Positions 30,159 to 40,321 of a stretch of DNA of 64,000 bases are shown here, one piece after another (position 1 is the stretch's first letter; every line of letters begins with the position of its first letter). The DNA is from an uncultured delta proteobacterium. Lineage in GTDB: Bacteria; Myxococcota_A; Polyangia; Polyangiales; B10-G4. The notes beneath the pieces were generated by a model, which worked only from the letters and a program-made list of their open reading frames with translations, ran no database searches and was not told where the DNA came from. The stretch covers positions 448,001 to 512,000 of the forward strand of contig CAVSGI010000006.1 in the NCBI GenBank assembly GCA_963727445.1, given 5' to 3'. A program made the position numbers and the translations under genes.

Positions 30159-31506
30159 ATGACGGAACGGGAAGAGAGCGCGCAGCGCACCCCGGCCCAG
30201 GACGTGGTTCGGCTCGCGGCGCCGGCCATCGCCCAACAGCTCCTGCACACCCTGGTCTTCCTGATCGATCGGGCGATGCTGGGACGGCACGCCGCGTCGT
30301 CGCTCGCGTCGATGCAGATCAGCGGACCCATCGTCTGGACCAGCGTGAGCTTCTTGTCGGCGGTGACGGTGGGCACCGTGGCGCTGGTCGGGCGCGCGGT
30401 CGGCGCGAGGGATCGACGTCTCGCCACGGGCGCCGCCCGAGGGAGCCTGCTCTTCGCGGGCCTGGTTGGGGTGGTCGTCTCGGCGGCGGGCCTCCTCGCG
30501 CTCCCGGCGATCCTCTGGCTCTTCCCCGCGGCCGGCGAGGAGGTGCGGGAAGCCGCCCGCGGCTACCTCTCGGTCTTTCTTCCGTCGATGCCCTTCTTCC
30601 TCCTCTCGTTCACGGGCGCCGCCATTCTCACCGCGGCGGGCGACACCAAGACGCCCTTCGTCGTCGCCGCCGTTGGCAACGTGATCAACGTCGTCGTCAA
30701 CTGGCTCTTGATCTTCGGCCGCGGCGGTGCGCCCGAGCTCGGGGCCGAGGGGGCCGCGGTGGGCAGCGCGGCGGCGATGGCGTTTCAGGCGCTGGTGCTG
30801 GTCTCGATCCTCGCGCGGCGGGGCGGACGGGTGAGCTTTCGCGGCGAGGCCGACGTGCCCGCCGCCCTGCGCCGCATGCTGCGAGTCGCAGCGCCGAGCG
30901 CAGCCGAGCGCGGCGTGCAGCAGGCGGGCTTTGTCGGCTTCGTGATGATGATCGGCGCTCTCGGCGCGACGGCGATGGCGGCCAACCAGGCCCTCGTCTC
31001 CCTCGAGTCGATTCTGCTTCCTATCGGCGGATGGCTTCGGCGTCGCCGCGGCGGCCGTGGTCGCGCAGCGCCTGGGCGCCCGCCGCCCCGAGGACGCCGC
31101 GCTGGCCGGGCGCGCGGCGACCTTCTACGCGGTGGTGGCGCTCAGCGTCTACGCCGTCCTCGTCTCTTCGATGCCGGCGATCCTGCTCGGGGTCTTCACC
31201 GACGAGGCCGCGATCGTGGCGGCCGGTGTGCCGGTGATGGTGGTCCTCGCCGTCGCCCAGCCCTTCATGGCGGTGGGGATCGTGATGAGTCAGACGTTGC
31301 GCGGTGCAGGGGAGACGCGGGCGCCCTTCGTGGTGATGGTGGCCGGAGGCTTGGTCCTTCGCCTCTTCGCGACCTGGCTCTTCGCGTTTCCGTTGGGCCT
31401 CGGACTCTTGGGGGTGTGGATTGGCTCGACCGTCGACTGGATGCTTCGCGCGGCCCTGCTCGGCTGGGTCTACTTCCGCGGCGGCTGGAAGGACGTCGCG
31501 GTCTGA
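30159..31506 (+). CDS. MATE family efflux transporter (one apparent indel at ~31012)
   Basis: IDRAMLG, GDTKTP, NWLLIFG...PELGAEGAA; second half in a shifted frame (ESICFLSADGFG..., LRGAGET). Confidence 0.88.
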
Positions 31507-31558
31507 CGCCGTTGACGGGCGCTTCGCCGGGTCTACTTCTCTGCCCGGGGGAGCGGTG

Positions 31559-32404
31559 ATGACTCGACTCAGATACCTCGACAAGGCCCGTGTGAAGAAT
31601 CTGATGACCGAGGACGTCGTCAGCCTCACGAGGACGCAGAGCATCCCCCTCGCCGAGTCGCTGATGAAGATGAAGCGGGTGCGTCATCTGCCCGTGGTGG
31701 ACGGTGACGGAAAGCTCGTCGGGCTGGTGACGCACCGCGATCTGCTCAGAGCGAAGCTCAGCGAGCTCTCGCCGATGAGCGAGGACGAGCGCAGCTCCGA
31801 GGAGCTGTCGATCCCGGTCTCCTCGATCATGCAGGACAGCGTCTGGACCGTGACGCCGGACACCATGGCCAACAAGGCGGCCAACATGCTGCGCGACCAC
31901 CGCTTCGGCTGCCTGCCAGTGGTGCAGGAAGGAAAGCTCGTCGGCATTCTCACCGAGGCCGACTTCGTCGACGCGGTGGTGCTCGGCGAGCGCGACGAGA
32001 AGCTGCCGGCGCCGACGGTCTCGGACGCCATGACCCCGAGCCCGAGCTGCATCACGCTCCCCGCCACCATCGGCGACGCGCGGGCGATGATGGAGGAGCA
32101 CGCGATCCGTCACCTGCCGCTGGCGACCGACGAGGGCGAGCTGATCGGCATGGTGACCGACCGTGACCTGCGGGTCGCCGACGGCGTCGCCGGCGGGGCC
32201 AACGACATCGCCCTCGAGCTCATCGGCACCGACCCGCCCTACGTCGTCGACGCCGACACCCCCCTGCACCGCGTGCTCAACGACATGGCCGACGAACGGA
32301 AGGGCTCCGCCATGGTGACCCAGGATGGCGAGCTCGTCGGCATCCTCACCACCACCGACGCCTGCCGCTATCTGGCCGAGTGGCTCAGAGCCCAGTTCGG
32401 CTGA
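31559..32404 (+). CDS. Protein with four CBS domains
   Basis: RHLPVVD..GKLVGLVT.RDL, GCLPVV..GKLVGILT..D, RHLP...IGMVTDRDL, LVGILTTTD. Confidence 0.9.
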   Translation: MTRLRYLDKARVKNLMTEDVVSLTRTQSIPLAESLMKMKRVRHLPVVDGDGKLVGLVTHRDLLRAKLSELSPMSEDERSSEELSIPVSSIMQDSVWTVTPDTMANKAANMLRDHRFGCLPVVQEGKLVGILTEADFVDAVVLGERDEKLPAPTVSDAMTPSPSCITLPATIGDARAMMEEHAIRHLPLATDEGELIGMVTDRDLRVADGVAGGANDIALELIGTDPPYVVDADTPLHRVLNDMADERKGSAMVTQDGELVGILTTTDACRYLAEWLRAQFG

Positions 32405-32412
32405 GCGTCACG

Positions 32413-34797
32413 TCAGGTGCAGGTGCCCATGTCGCAGAAGCTGGCGCCGCAGCACTCGCGGCCGGCCTGACAGGGCTGGCCGGAGGCCTGACAGGCGCAG
32501 GTGCCACCGACGCACTGCATCTCGCCGCAGCACTCGGAGCTGTCGCTGCAGTTGTCGGTGGCGCTCTTGCAGCAGGTGCTGCTGCCGCCGCCGGCGGCCA
32601 GGCTGCAGACCAGGGTGCCGCAGCAGGCGCCGGCCTCCGTGGGATCGCAACCCGCGCCCACGTCGCTGGCGCCGCCACAGTCCACGCAGTCGTTGTTGAC
32701 GCAGGACAGGCCGTCGCAGCACTGGCTCGCGTCGGTGCAGCTGGCGTAGGGGCCCTGGCACGGGCCGGGGCACATGCTCTCGTCGGTTTGGACCATGCCG
32801 CCCATCGACATCATCGGGTCGTTGCACAAGCCGTTGGTGTCGTCCCACTCGCAGCTGTTGGTGCTGCGGAGACACTCGCGGCAGCTCTCGGCGTCGCCGC
32901 AGGAAGCGTCGGTGTTGTCACAGGCGAAGCCGAACCAGTCCCAGTCACTGCCGCAGGTGCTTCCGTAGCGCATGTCGTCCACCGGCCCGAAGAAGCCGCC
33001 CAGCATGCACTGGTCGCTTCCGTCGCACCAACCACAACCGTCGTGGTCCGTGCAATCGTCGCAGTTGGCGATGAGTGAGCACTCGTCGGAGGTGCACTCT
33101 TCGGTCGTGCCTCGATACGCGGGACAGGATGCGCGGTCGGGGGAGTCCGCGCTGCCCAGGATGCAGCTGCCCGTGGACGTGCCCGGGGTGACGACGCCGA
33201 CCGAGCTGTTGGGACACCATCCGCAGCCATCCATCCCCGCGCAGGTCTCGCAGTCGGCTGTGGCCGAGCCGCAGTCGTTGCACTGGTCGGCGGCGTTGCG
33301 GGGGTCGCCGCAGTCCACGGTCCGGAGCGAGGGCGTGTAGCAGCTGTTGGTGCTGGCGCACCAGACGCAGCCCGCCGCACCGACGCACGCGCCGCACGAG
33401 CCGTTGGACGTGCACGGATCGGCCGCGGCGTCGCAAGTCGCGTCGCGGAAGGTGGTCGTGCACGCGCCCGCGCTCGAGGTCTGCCGACAGCCCGTGCCCT
33501 CGCACCACCCGCAGCCCGAGAGCGCGGTGCATCGCGAGCAGTCGCTCGCGCCCGAGCAGGAGTCGGGGGGGATGGTCATGCCGCCATCCGGGGGAGGGCC
33601 GCCGTCCGGGCTGGCATCAGGTCCCGCATCCACGCCGCCGTCCATCAGGTCATCCTCGCAGCCATTGCCGGGGATGTCGGTGTTGACGTCGTCGAGGGCG
33701 CCGCCGGAGAAGGCCTCCGACGTCACGAAGGCGTAGTCCATCTTGCCGTAGCCGCCGTTGCCCCAGTCCTTGCCCCAGGAGTTGAGGAAGGTGAACTGCA
33801 TCGTGGCGTCGTCATAGCCGGTGAGGACAATCGCGTGGTAGCCGCCGAGGCAGAGGGCGGTGGTGCAGGACGAGCTGCCGCACGAGCAAGGCCCGCCCGC
33901 ACCCGAGGGCGGGACCCGAACGTTGGCCGTGCCGGACTGCCAGTCGTTGCGACCCGCGGGCATCGTCGCGTTCGAGTTGTCGTAGTAGACGGGCACCGAG
34001 ATGATGACCTCGCGCTCGGTCGCGAGCTCGTTCTTGATCGCCTGGAGATTCGTCAGGTCGACGTTGTGCATGCCGGTCGGCTGGTAGGGGGCGGCGTTGA
34101 GCACGGCGTCCGAGGGGCGACCGTTGTTCAAGCCGCGGCCGTTGGCCACGTAGGGCCAGCTGGCGTTGTCGACGATGGGATCGGCGACGAGGGTTTGGAG
34201 CGCGGTCTGCGTGTTCCAGCCCGTCGCGCAGGTTCCGAAGGCCGCCCCGCCCAGGGAGTTGCTCCGCAGGTTCGCTTCGCTGAGCTCGGGCACGTCGCAA
34301 CCCTTCGAGCAGTGAAGCGCTTCGAGCATCGCCGTGGCGGCGTGCACCACACACCAACCGCAGGCCTGCTGGTTGCTGACGGTCATGCAGCCGTCGAGGT
34401 ATTGCGAGCGGTGGTCGACGGAAGAGGGCAGGGTCGCCGGGGGGGCGTCGAGGAGCGCGCCGGTGGTGCTTCCCGCCTCTTCCGGCGCGGTTCCCAGGTC
34501 ACCTTCGGTTCCGAGGCGTCCCAGCGTCCCGTTCTGCGGCGTGGTCATGATGCAGACGGGCGCGTCGCGTCCGTCGTCCCACGGGTTGAAGAGGATGCAT
34601 TCACCCTCGAGTCGGTGCTCGAGCTCCGAGCCCGGCGTCACCACGGTTCCCGGGGGCAGGAGCTGATCACCTGGGCGAACGCTGTCGGGCGTGGCGCCGG
34701 GGGGAAGCACCGCCCCATCGGGGTCGTCCGAGCCAGGCTCGCAGCCAGTCATCGAGAGGAGCGAAGAGACCAGGGCGAGCACGACGCAGCGATGCAT
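32413..34797 (-). CDS. Lipoprotein papain-family (C1A) cysteine protease with Cys-rich PSI-like repeats
   Basis: Lipobox MTGC; NQQACGWC, GYHAIVLTGY, FLNSWG; C-terminal CxxC....CGWC repeats and C..CC repeats. Confidence 0.88.
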   Translation of the reverse strand: MHRCVVLALVSSLLSMTGCEPGSDDPDGAVLPPGATPDSVRPGDQLLPPGTVVTPGSELEHRLEGECILFNPWDDGRDAPVCIMTTPQNGTLGRLGTEGDLGTAPEEAGSTTGALLDAPPATLPSSVDHRSQYLDGCMTVSNQQACGWCVVHAATAMLEALHCSKGCDVPELSEANLRSNSLGGAAFGTCATGWNTQTALQTLVADPIVDNASWPYVANGRGLNNGRPSDAVLNAAPYQPTGMHNVDLTNLQAIKNELATEREVIISVPVYYDNSNATMPAGRNDWQSGTANVRVPPSGAGGPCSCGSSSCTTALCLGGYHAIVLTGYDDATMQFTFLNSWGKDWGNGGYGKMDYAFVTSEAFSGGALDDVNTDIPGNGCEDDLMDGGVDAGPDASPDGGPPPDGGMTIPPDSCSGASDCSRCTALSGCGWCEGTGCRQTSSAGACTTTFRDATCDAAADPCTSNGSCGACVGAAGCVWCASTNSCYTPSLRTVDCGDPRNAADQCNDCGSATADCETCAGMDGCGWCPNSSVGVVTPGTSTGSCILGSADSPDRASCPAYRGTTEECTSDECSLIANCDDCTDHDGCGWCDGSDQCMLGGFFGPVDDMRYGSTCGSDWDWFGFACDNTDASCGDAESCRECLRSTNSCEWDDTNGLCNDPMMSMGGMVQTDESMCPGPCQGPYASCTDASQCCDGLSCVNNDCVDCGGASDVGAGCDPTEAGACCGTLVCSLAAGGGSSTCCKSATDNCSDSSECCGEMQCVGGTCACQASGQPCQAGRECCGASFCDMGTCT

Positions 34798-35022
34798 GGA
34801 TGCAGAGTACCAAAATCGGGAGCCGAGCGGCTCTAGCGGCAGGGTCATCGGAGCCTGGAAAGGCAAACATCGTTCCACCCGAGAACCCCGTGATCTCGCA
34901 GACGACGGGTGTGCCGCCCGGCCCCATCGCGCCGCTTTCGCGCGATCTGGTGCACGCCGACCCCAGAAACGACACGAGCCCCCCGACCGAAGGCCGGAGG
35001 GCTCGCGCGCAATGGGTGTTGC

Positions 35023-35373
35023 TCAGTACTGCTGAACGAGCTTGCCCCACTCCCCCATCATGGCCTGCACCGCTTCGCCGCCGTAGCCGCGAATGACGCC
35101 GAAGCCGTCCACCGCGAGCCCGAGCTGCATCACCAGGTTGATGAAGTCCTTCTCGTGCGAGATGGCGTCGAGCTTCTCCGACTCACCCTTGATGAGCATG
35201 AAGCCGTTCATGTCTCCGCCGTGATTACGGAGGAGGATCGGCTCGAAGCTCTCAATCTGTCCCGCCTCCTGCTTCTTGCTCCAGAACGCGAGGCTGCTCT
35301 GGAAGAGCTCCATCGCCTGCTTCTCGCGACCTACCACCGGACGGTTCCAACCAAAGAAGAGCGTGTTCGACAT
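35023..35373 (-). CDS. Conserved hypothetical protein
   Basis: MSNTLFFGWNRPVVGRE...HGGDMNGF; clean GC3-biased ORF. Confidence 0.75.
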   Translation of the reverse strand: MSNTLFFGWNRPVVGREKQAMELFQSSLAFWSKKQEAGQIESFEPILLRNHGGDMNGFMLIKGESEKLDAISHEKDFINLVMQLGLAVDGFGVIRGYGGEAVQAMMGEWGKLVQQY

Positions 35374-35485
35374 GTCTTTGACCCCCTGTTGTGAAAAAGG
35401 ATCCGGTCTGTACTCCCCCGACCCCGAATGATCTGTGCGCAAGTGCACGAGACGATCGCCTCGGCACGTGCTCTAGTCTCGACCC

Positions 35486-36454
35486 ATGCGCGCCGCACAG
35501 ATTCAGAAGCTCGAGGGCCCCGACTCCATCGAAGTGGTGGAGCTCGAAACGCCCGTCCCCGGTCGCGGACAAGTCGTCGTCGCCGTCGAGTCCGCGGGCG
35601 TGAATTTTCCTGATCTCTTGATGTCCCGCGGTCTCTATCAGATGAAGCCGCCCGTGCCCTTCGCGCCGGGCGGAGAGGTGGCGGGGACCCTCTCGGCGGT
35701 GGGGGAGGGCGTTCCGCTGGCGGTCGGCGATCGCGTGATGGCGCTCACCGGCTTCGGCGGCTTCGCGAGCCACGTGCTCCTCGGCGCCGACCGCTGCGTG
35801 CCGATCCCGGAATCGATGAGCACCGAGCTCGCCGGCGCTTTCGCCTTCACGTATGCCACCAGTTATCACGCCCTCAAGGACCGGGCGCAGCTCGCCCCGG
35901 GTGAGAAGCTGCTGGTGCTCGGAGCAGCGGGCGGCGTCGGTTCGTCGGCGGTGGAGATCGGGCGCGCGATGGGCGCGGAGGTGATCGCCGCCGCATCGAC
36001 CGAGGACAAGCTCGACTTCTGCGAGAAGCTCGGCGCCCAGCACCGCATCAACTACGCGACCGAGGACCTGAAGGCGCGCGCCAAAGCCATCGGCGGCGGA
36101 AGCGTCGACGTGGTCTACGATCCGGTCGGCGGCGCCTTCAGCGAGCAGGCGCTCCGCGCCCTCGGCTACGGCGGACGGCACCTGGTGATCGGTTTCGCGG
36201 CAGGCGAGATCCCCCGCGTTCCCTGGAACCTGCCCCTCCTGAAGCAGTGCTGCATCATCGGCGTCGCCTGGGGCGCGTGGGCCATGCAGCATCCGGCCGA
36301 CCACGCGAAGAACATGGAGGAGCTCCTCGCGTGGCACGCCGAGGGCAAGCTCGCACCCATCGTCACGAAGACCTACTCCCTCGAAGAAGTGCCGCAGGCC
36401 CTTCACGACCTCGACACGCGCAAAGTGCGCGGCAAAGTCGTGGTGGTTCCCTGA
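35486..36454 (+). CDS. NADPH:quinone oxidoreductase (zeta-crystallin/MDR family)
   Basis: GVNFPD, PGGEVAG, LGAAGGVG, VYDPVGG, IGFAAG. Confidence 0.92.
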   Translation: MRAAQIQKLEGPDSIEVVELETPVPGRGQVVVAVESAGVNFPDLLMSRGLYQMKPPVPFAPGGEVAGTLSAVGEGVPLAVGDRVMALTGFGGFASHVLLGADRCVPIPESMSTELAGAFAFTYATSYHALKDRAQLAPGEKLLVLGAAGGVGSSAVEIGRAMGAEVIAAASTEDKLDFCEKLGAQHRINYATEDLKARAKAIGGGSVDVVYDPVGGAFSEQALRALGYGGRHLVIGFAAGEIPRVPWNLPLLKQCCIIGVAWGAWAMQHPADHAKNMEELLAWHAEGKLAPIVTKTYSLEEVPQALHDLDTRKVRGKVVVVP

Positions 36455-36463
36455 GGCACGACC

Positions 36464-36952
36464 ATGGCGAAAGACGACGACGGACTGACCCACCTCGACG
36501 CGCAGGGACGGGCGCGGATGGTGGACGTGGGAGACAAGGCGGAGACCGAGCGCGTCGCCGTCGCTCGCGGCGTCGTCCGGATGCAGAAGGAGACGATGGC
36601 GCTCCTGCTCTCCGGAAACGCGCCCAAGGGAGACGTGCTGGCCACCGCGCGGATCGCTGGCATCCAGGCGGCGAAGCGCACGCCGGAGCTGATCCCGCTC
36701 TGTCACGCCATCCGCCTGAGCTCGGTGGAGGTCTCCTTTTCCCCCGACGAGGACGGCGAACGACTCCACGTCGAAGCGAAGGCCAAGGCGCGCGACCGAA
36801 CGGGCGTCGAGATGGAGGCGCTGACGGCCGTCTCGGTAGCCGCCCTCACCGTCTACGACATGCTCAAGGCCAAGGACCGGGGAATGACCCTCGAAGGGAT
36901 CGAGCTCGCTTCGAAGTCGGGGGGCGCGAGCGGGGATTTCACCCGCGGGTGA
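36464..36952 (+). CDS. moaC: Cyclic pyranopterin monophosphate synthase
   Basis: [29 protein letters not shown]. Confidence 0.96.
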   Translation: MAKDDDGLTHLDAQGRARMVDVGDKAETERVAVARGVVRMQKETMALLLSGNAPKGDVLATARIAGIQAAKRTPELIPLCHAIRLSSVEVSFSPDEDGERLHVEAKAKARDRTGVEMEALTAVSVAALTVYDMLKAKDRGMTLEGIELASKSGGASGDFTRG

Positions 36953-36983
36953 CCGCTGGCCATCGGGGCATATCTCTGTCCGG

Positions 36984-37472
36984 GTGAGCACCCGCCCACC
37001 TCGCCTCCGGCCCCGATTCGAGCTGGCCTCTCGCCTTTCGGCCGAAGAGGTGTGCGCGAGGGCGAAGCGCGCGCTCCTTCATCACCCCGAGGTCGAAGGT
37101 CTGGTGTTGGCCGAGCGCCGCATCGAGCTCCTGCCTCATCGCTCCACCCGTCACTTCTGGTCCCCGCAGCTCACCATCGATGTCGAGGACGGCGCCGAAG
37201 GCGTGCGCCTTCGCGGGCGCTTCGGACCGCATCCTCACGTCTGGACCCTCTACGTCGCGATGCACGCCATCGGTGCGATGGGGACGCTCGGCGCCGTCGT
37301 GTTCGGGGTCTCGCAGTATCTCGTGGGCCAGACGCCGTGGGCGTTGGTCGCGCTTCCTGCGTCGCCGATCCTGGCGGCGCTCGTCTGGGCCCTGGGCTTC
37401 GTGGGGCAGGGACTCGGCGCCGAGCAGATGTATCGGCTGCGCCGCTTCCTCGAGGAGTGCATCGAGGGCTAG
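36984..37472 (+). CDS. Hypothetical membrane protein
   Basis: RLRPRF start, HFWSPQL, FGPHPHVWT, two TM helices. Confidence 0.75.
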   Translation: MSTRPPRLRPRFELASRLSAEEVCARAKRALLHHPEVEGLVLAERRIELLPHRSTRHFWSPQLTIDVEDGAEGVRLRGRFGPHPHVWTLYVAMHAIGAMGTLGAVVFGVSQYLVGQTPWALVALPASPILAALVWALGFVGQGLGAEQMYRLRRFLEECIEG

Positions 37473-37506
37473 CGCACGCGAGACGTGCTCTGGTCAGGCA
37501 GCAGAC

Positions 37507-38676
37507 TCAGTGCAGGGGCGCGGCGGTGGGGTGCGGCGGCGCGGGGACCGAGCGCGCGGGGGCGGCGGCAGCGGCCAGGGACGTGAGGCGGGCGGCGACC
37601 GCGTTGGGATCAACGCCGAGGAGCGCGGGCGTCTTTTCGTTCCAGCCGAAGGCGATCCGTCGGGCGAGGATCTCGTCCTCGAGGCCCAGGAGCTTGCCGT
37701 CGAGCTGCATGAGCAGCCCCGGCTCGCACTGGTGGAGCCCTCGTCCGTTCGGCGCCTGTACCCGGAAGCTCGAGAAGCTTCCGGTGTCGGCGACCATGAA
37801 TCGGAACCAGGGGATGCGGCTTCGGGCGGTCGACACCCATCCGACGCCGAGGATGGCGGCCGAGGCGAGGCCGATGGCGCTCGAGACCGCGGCCTTGCCG
37901 ACGCCGCTCTTCAGGTTCGAGGGGAGCTCGAGGGTGCGCACCGGGTGCTCGGTGTGCGACAGGGGATTGCCGAAGAGCTGCACCAATGCGTTCGAGAGAT
38001 CGTCGGCGCCGAGAGCGCTGATCCAGCGCCCGCCGACCATTCCCCGTCCGTAATGGATGTTGCGGTGGAGAAGCATGACGCGCAGGACGAAATCCTGCGC
38101 CACCTCGAGCGGGATCTCCCCGCGCTGATGGCCGCCCTCGATGGCGCTCAAGAGCATGGTGGTGCGCGCGTCAGCGATCCCCAGGGAGCGCTGGGCGCTC
38201 CTGGCGCCGGTCGGGTCGCTCTCGGTCGGCGTCGCCAGCGGCGTGGGGGCAGGCTCTCGATGCGCGGGTGGCGCGGTGATGAGTCGGTTCAGGAACGCGG
38301 CGAGCGGCTGCTGGAAGGGGCCGACCGGGACCTGCACCTCCCCCTGCTGCGTCTGAAGGTAGATCTTTCGATCGAAGATGGTGTCCGCCACACGCACGCC
38401 GACGATCTCGGAAAAGCGCGCTTCGAAGCGTTCGGAGCCCGAGGCGCCGAAGACCCGGCGGTCGGTGACCAGCCCGAAGACGTGGAAACGGTGCTCGCCG
38501 CCGCCGAGCCCGAGGACCATGACCTGCTCACCCGAGAAATGATCGAGGCCGACCCCGCTCACGGCGATGGCGGCCCGGATGTCCTTCATCTCGATGTTGG
38601 GGTGCATCACCGTCTTCGTCCGGTGAAGCTCGTCCTGCACCAGCTGGTGCACCCCGTGCCGTTGGTTCAAGAGCAT
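37507..38676 (-). CDS. Hypothetical protein (possible PH-like N-terminal domain)
   Basis: GGAGGGG RBS, GC3-biased ORF; LVTDRRVF resembles bacterial PH domains. Confidence 0.7.
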   Translation of the reverse strand: MLLNQRHGVHQLVQDELHRTKTVMHPNIEMKDIRAAIAVSGVGLDHFSGEQVMVLGLGGGEHRFHVFGLVTDRRVFGASGSERFEARFSEIVGVRVADTIFDRKIYLQTQQGEVQVPVGPFQQPLAAFLNRLITAPPAHREPAPTPLATPTESDPTGARSAQRSLGIADARTTMLLSAIEGGHQRGEIPLEVAQDFVLRVMLLHRNIHYGRGMVGGRWISALGADDLSNALVQLFGNPLSHTEHPVRTLELPSNLKSGVGKAAVSSAIGLASAAILGVGWVSTARSRIPWFRFMVADTGSFSSFRVQAPNGRGLHQCEPGLLMQLDGKLLGLEDEILARRIAFGWNEKTPALLGVDPNAVAARLTSLAAAAAPARSVPAPPHPTAAPLH

Positions 38677-38737
38677 CGCGCCCCTCCTGCCGCCTGATAC
38701 GGGGCGGGAGGGGCGATCTTCCCTGGGCGGGCGGCCG

Positions 38738-40321
38738 CTAGGAGAAGAAGCAGCCGGCGGAGCTCTCCACCGGCTCGACGACGCGCTGGCTCTCCGGGTC
38801 GGTGATCCCCAGCGCCTCGCCGCAAGACTCGGTCACGTTGTCACTGAGGTCCTGCAGGAGGATCCAGTCGGCGTCGATGTCCTCGTCGTAGAGACGGCCC
38901 TGATAGACCTCCACGCTGGGCGCCATCATCTCCACCACGCCGCGCGCCCGGGCGCAGTCGCCTGCTCCGTAGAGGTCCACGGTGGTGCGCAGCGCGAGGT
39001 ACATGTTGAGCATCATGAAGGGCTTTTCGCCGCCCACGAACTCCGGCCACATCTCGGAGGGGTTCTGGCCAGGGGCCAGAGGATTGGTCACCGCATCGGT
39101 CGTGCGCCGGGGGGAGCCGTCGTTGGCGATCCACGACGCCTCGAGCGTGTAGGCGGGGAGCGAGGGGCCGAGGGACTCGGCGCCTGGGTCGGCGATGAGC
39201 TCGACGAAGAGACCGCCGCCGCCCCCGCGCCGTCCGCTGCCGGTGTCGGTGCTTCCGGTGCGCTGCCCCACGAAGAGCGCCGGGGAGTCGAGGTAGGCGA
39301 CGCCGTTCTTCACGCTCGCGCGACGCGCGCCCCACACGCGGCCCACGCGATAGCCTTCACTCGCGGTGATGGCGATGGTGAGGTCGGTGGCGACGGGGAA
39401 GAGCGTGATGCCCGACTGGTTGTCGAGGATCTGTCCGAGGTCCGCGTCGTCTTCGGCCAGCGCGTAGGTGCCGGCGCCGAGGTCCCCGAGGCGCGACAGG
39501 AGCCGCGCCTGGCTGGCGAGGGGATCGCCGTAGCCGATGACGTTGATCGCGACACCAGCGCGGGCGTAGCTCTCGGCGAGCGCCACGATCCGATCCGGAT
39601 CGTCGATCCCGACGCTGGCGGTGCCCGTGGAGACGAGGATCACGCGGCCCACGCGTCCCTCCGCGTCGCCATCGACCAGCCGGCCCGCAGTGGCGAGCGC
39701 CGAGTAGAGGTCGCCGGAGACGCCCAGAGGCTCGGCGCCCACCTGCGGCAGGTCGGCAGCCGGCGCGTCGGCGCTGTCGAGGAGCACACGGGTGCGGCTC
39801 GCGTATTCGATCACGCTCAGCCTGTCGCCCGCCTCGAGGGCACCAGCGATGGCGGCGACGCCTTCGTTGAGCACGTCCAGGGTCGCGGGCTCGGCGCCCG
39901 ACACGTCCACCACGACGGCGACGTGGGCGGCCGGGCGCGGCAGGGTGGACGGGTCGACGGGCGTGTTCATGGCGATGAAGGCCATCGTCCAGTTGTCGCC
40001 GTTGAAGCGCGGCGCGACGGCGAGGGAAGGATGGACGCAGAGGTCCTCCCCGCAGTCGGCGGCGGGCAGGTCGATCGCGTGCTCGGCGAAGAAGCCGACG
40101 TCGTCGAGTGTCTCGGGCGCCGGGACCTCCCCGCGCGCCACGATCTCGCGGAAGAGGGCGATGTCCTGCGCGCCACCCTGGCTGACGGTGTGGGACCCCG
40201 CGATGGGGGTGTCGGTGCCTGGGACGTCGACGGTCTCGACGCTCCCCCCGGTGGTGTCACCGCCGCCCGCACAACCGGCGAGAGCCAACGCTGACGCCAT
40301 GATCGAAATCCACTTCTTCAT
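38738..40321 (-). CDS. vWA-domain lipoprotein (YfbK-like)
   Basis: Lipobox LAGC; VVVDVSG (degenerate MIDAS), RVILVSTG; overlaps the stop of the upstream gene. Confidence 0.8.
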   Translation of the reverse strand: MKKWISIMASALALAGCAGGGDTTGGSVETVDVPGTDTPIAGSHTVSQGGAQDIALFREIVARGEVPAPETLDDVGFFAEHAIDLPAADCGEDLCVHPSLAVAPRFNGDNWTMAFIAMNTPVDPSTLPRPAAHVAVVVDVSGAEPATLDVLNEGVAAIAGALEAGDRLSVIEYASRTRVLLDSADAPAADLPQVGAEPLGVSGDLYSALATAGRLVDGDAEGRVGRVILVSTGTASVGIDDPDRIVALAESYARAGVAINVIGYGDPLASQARLLSRLGDLGAGTYALAEDDADLGQILDNQSGITLFPVATDLTIAITASEGYRVGRVWGARRASVKNGVAYLDSPALFVGQRTGSTDTGSGRRGGGGGLFVELIADPGAESLGPSLPAYTLEASWIANDGSPRRTTDAVTNPLAPGQNPSEMWPEFVGGEKPFMMLNMYLALRTTVDLYGAGDCARARGVVEMMAPSVEVYQGRLYDEDIDADWILLQDLSDNVTESCGEALGITDPESQRVVEPVESSAGCFFS

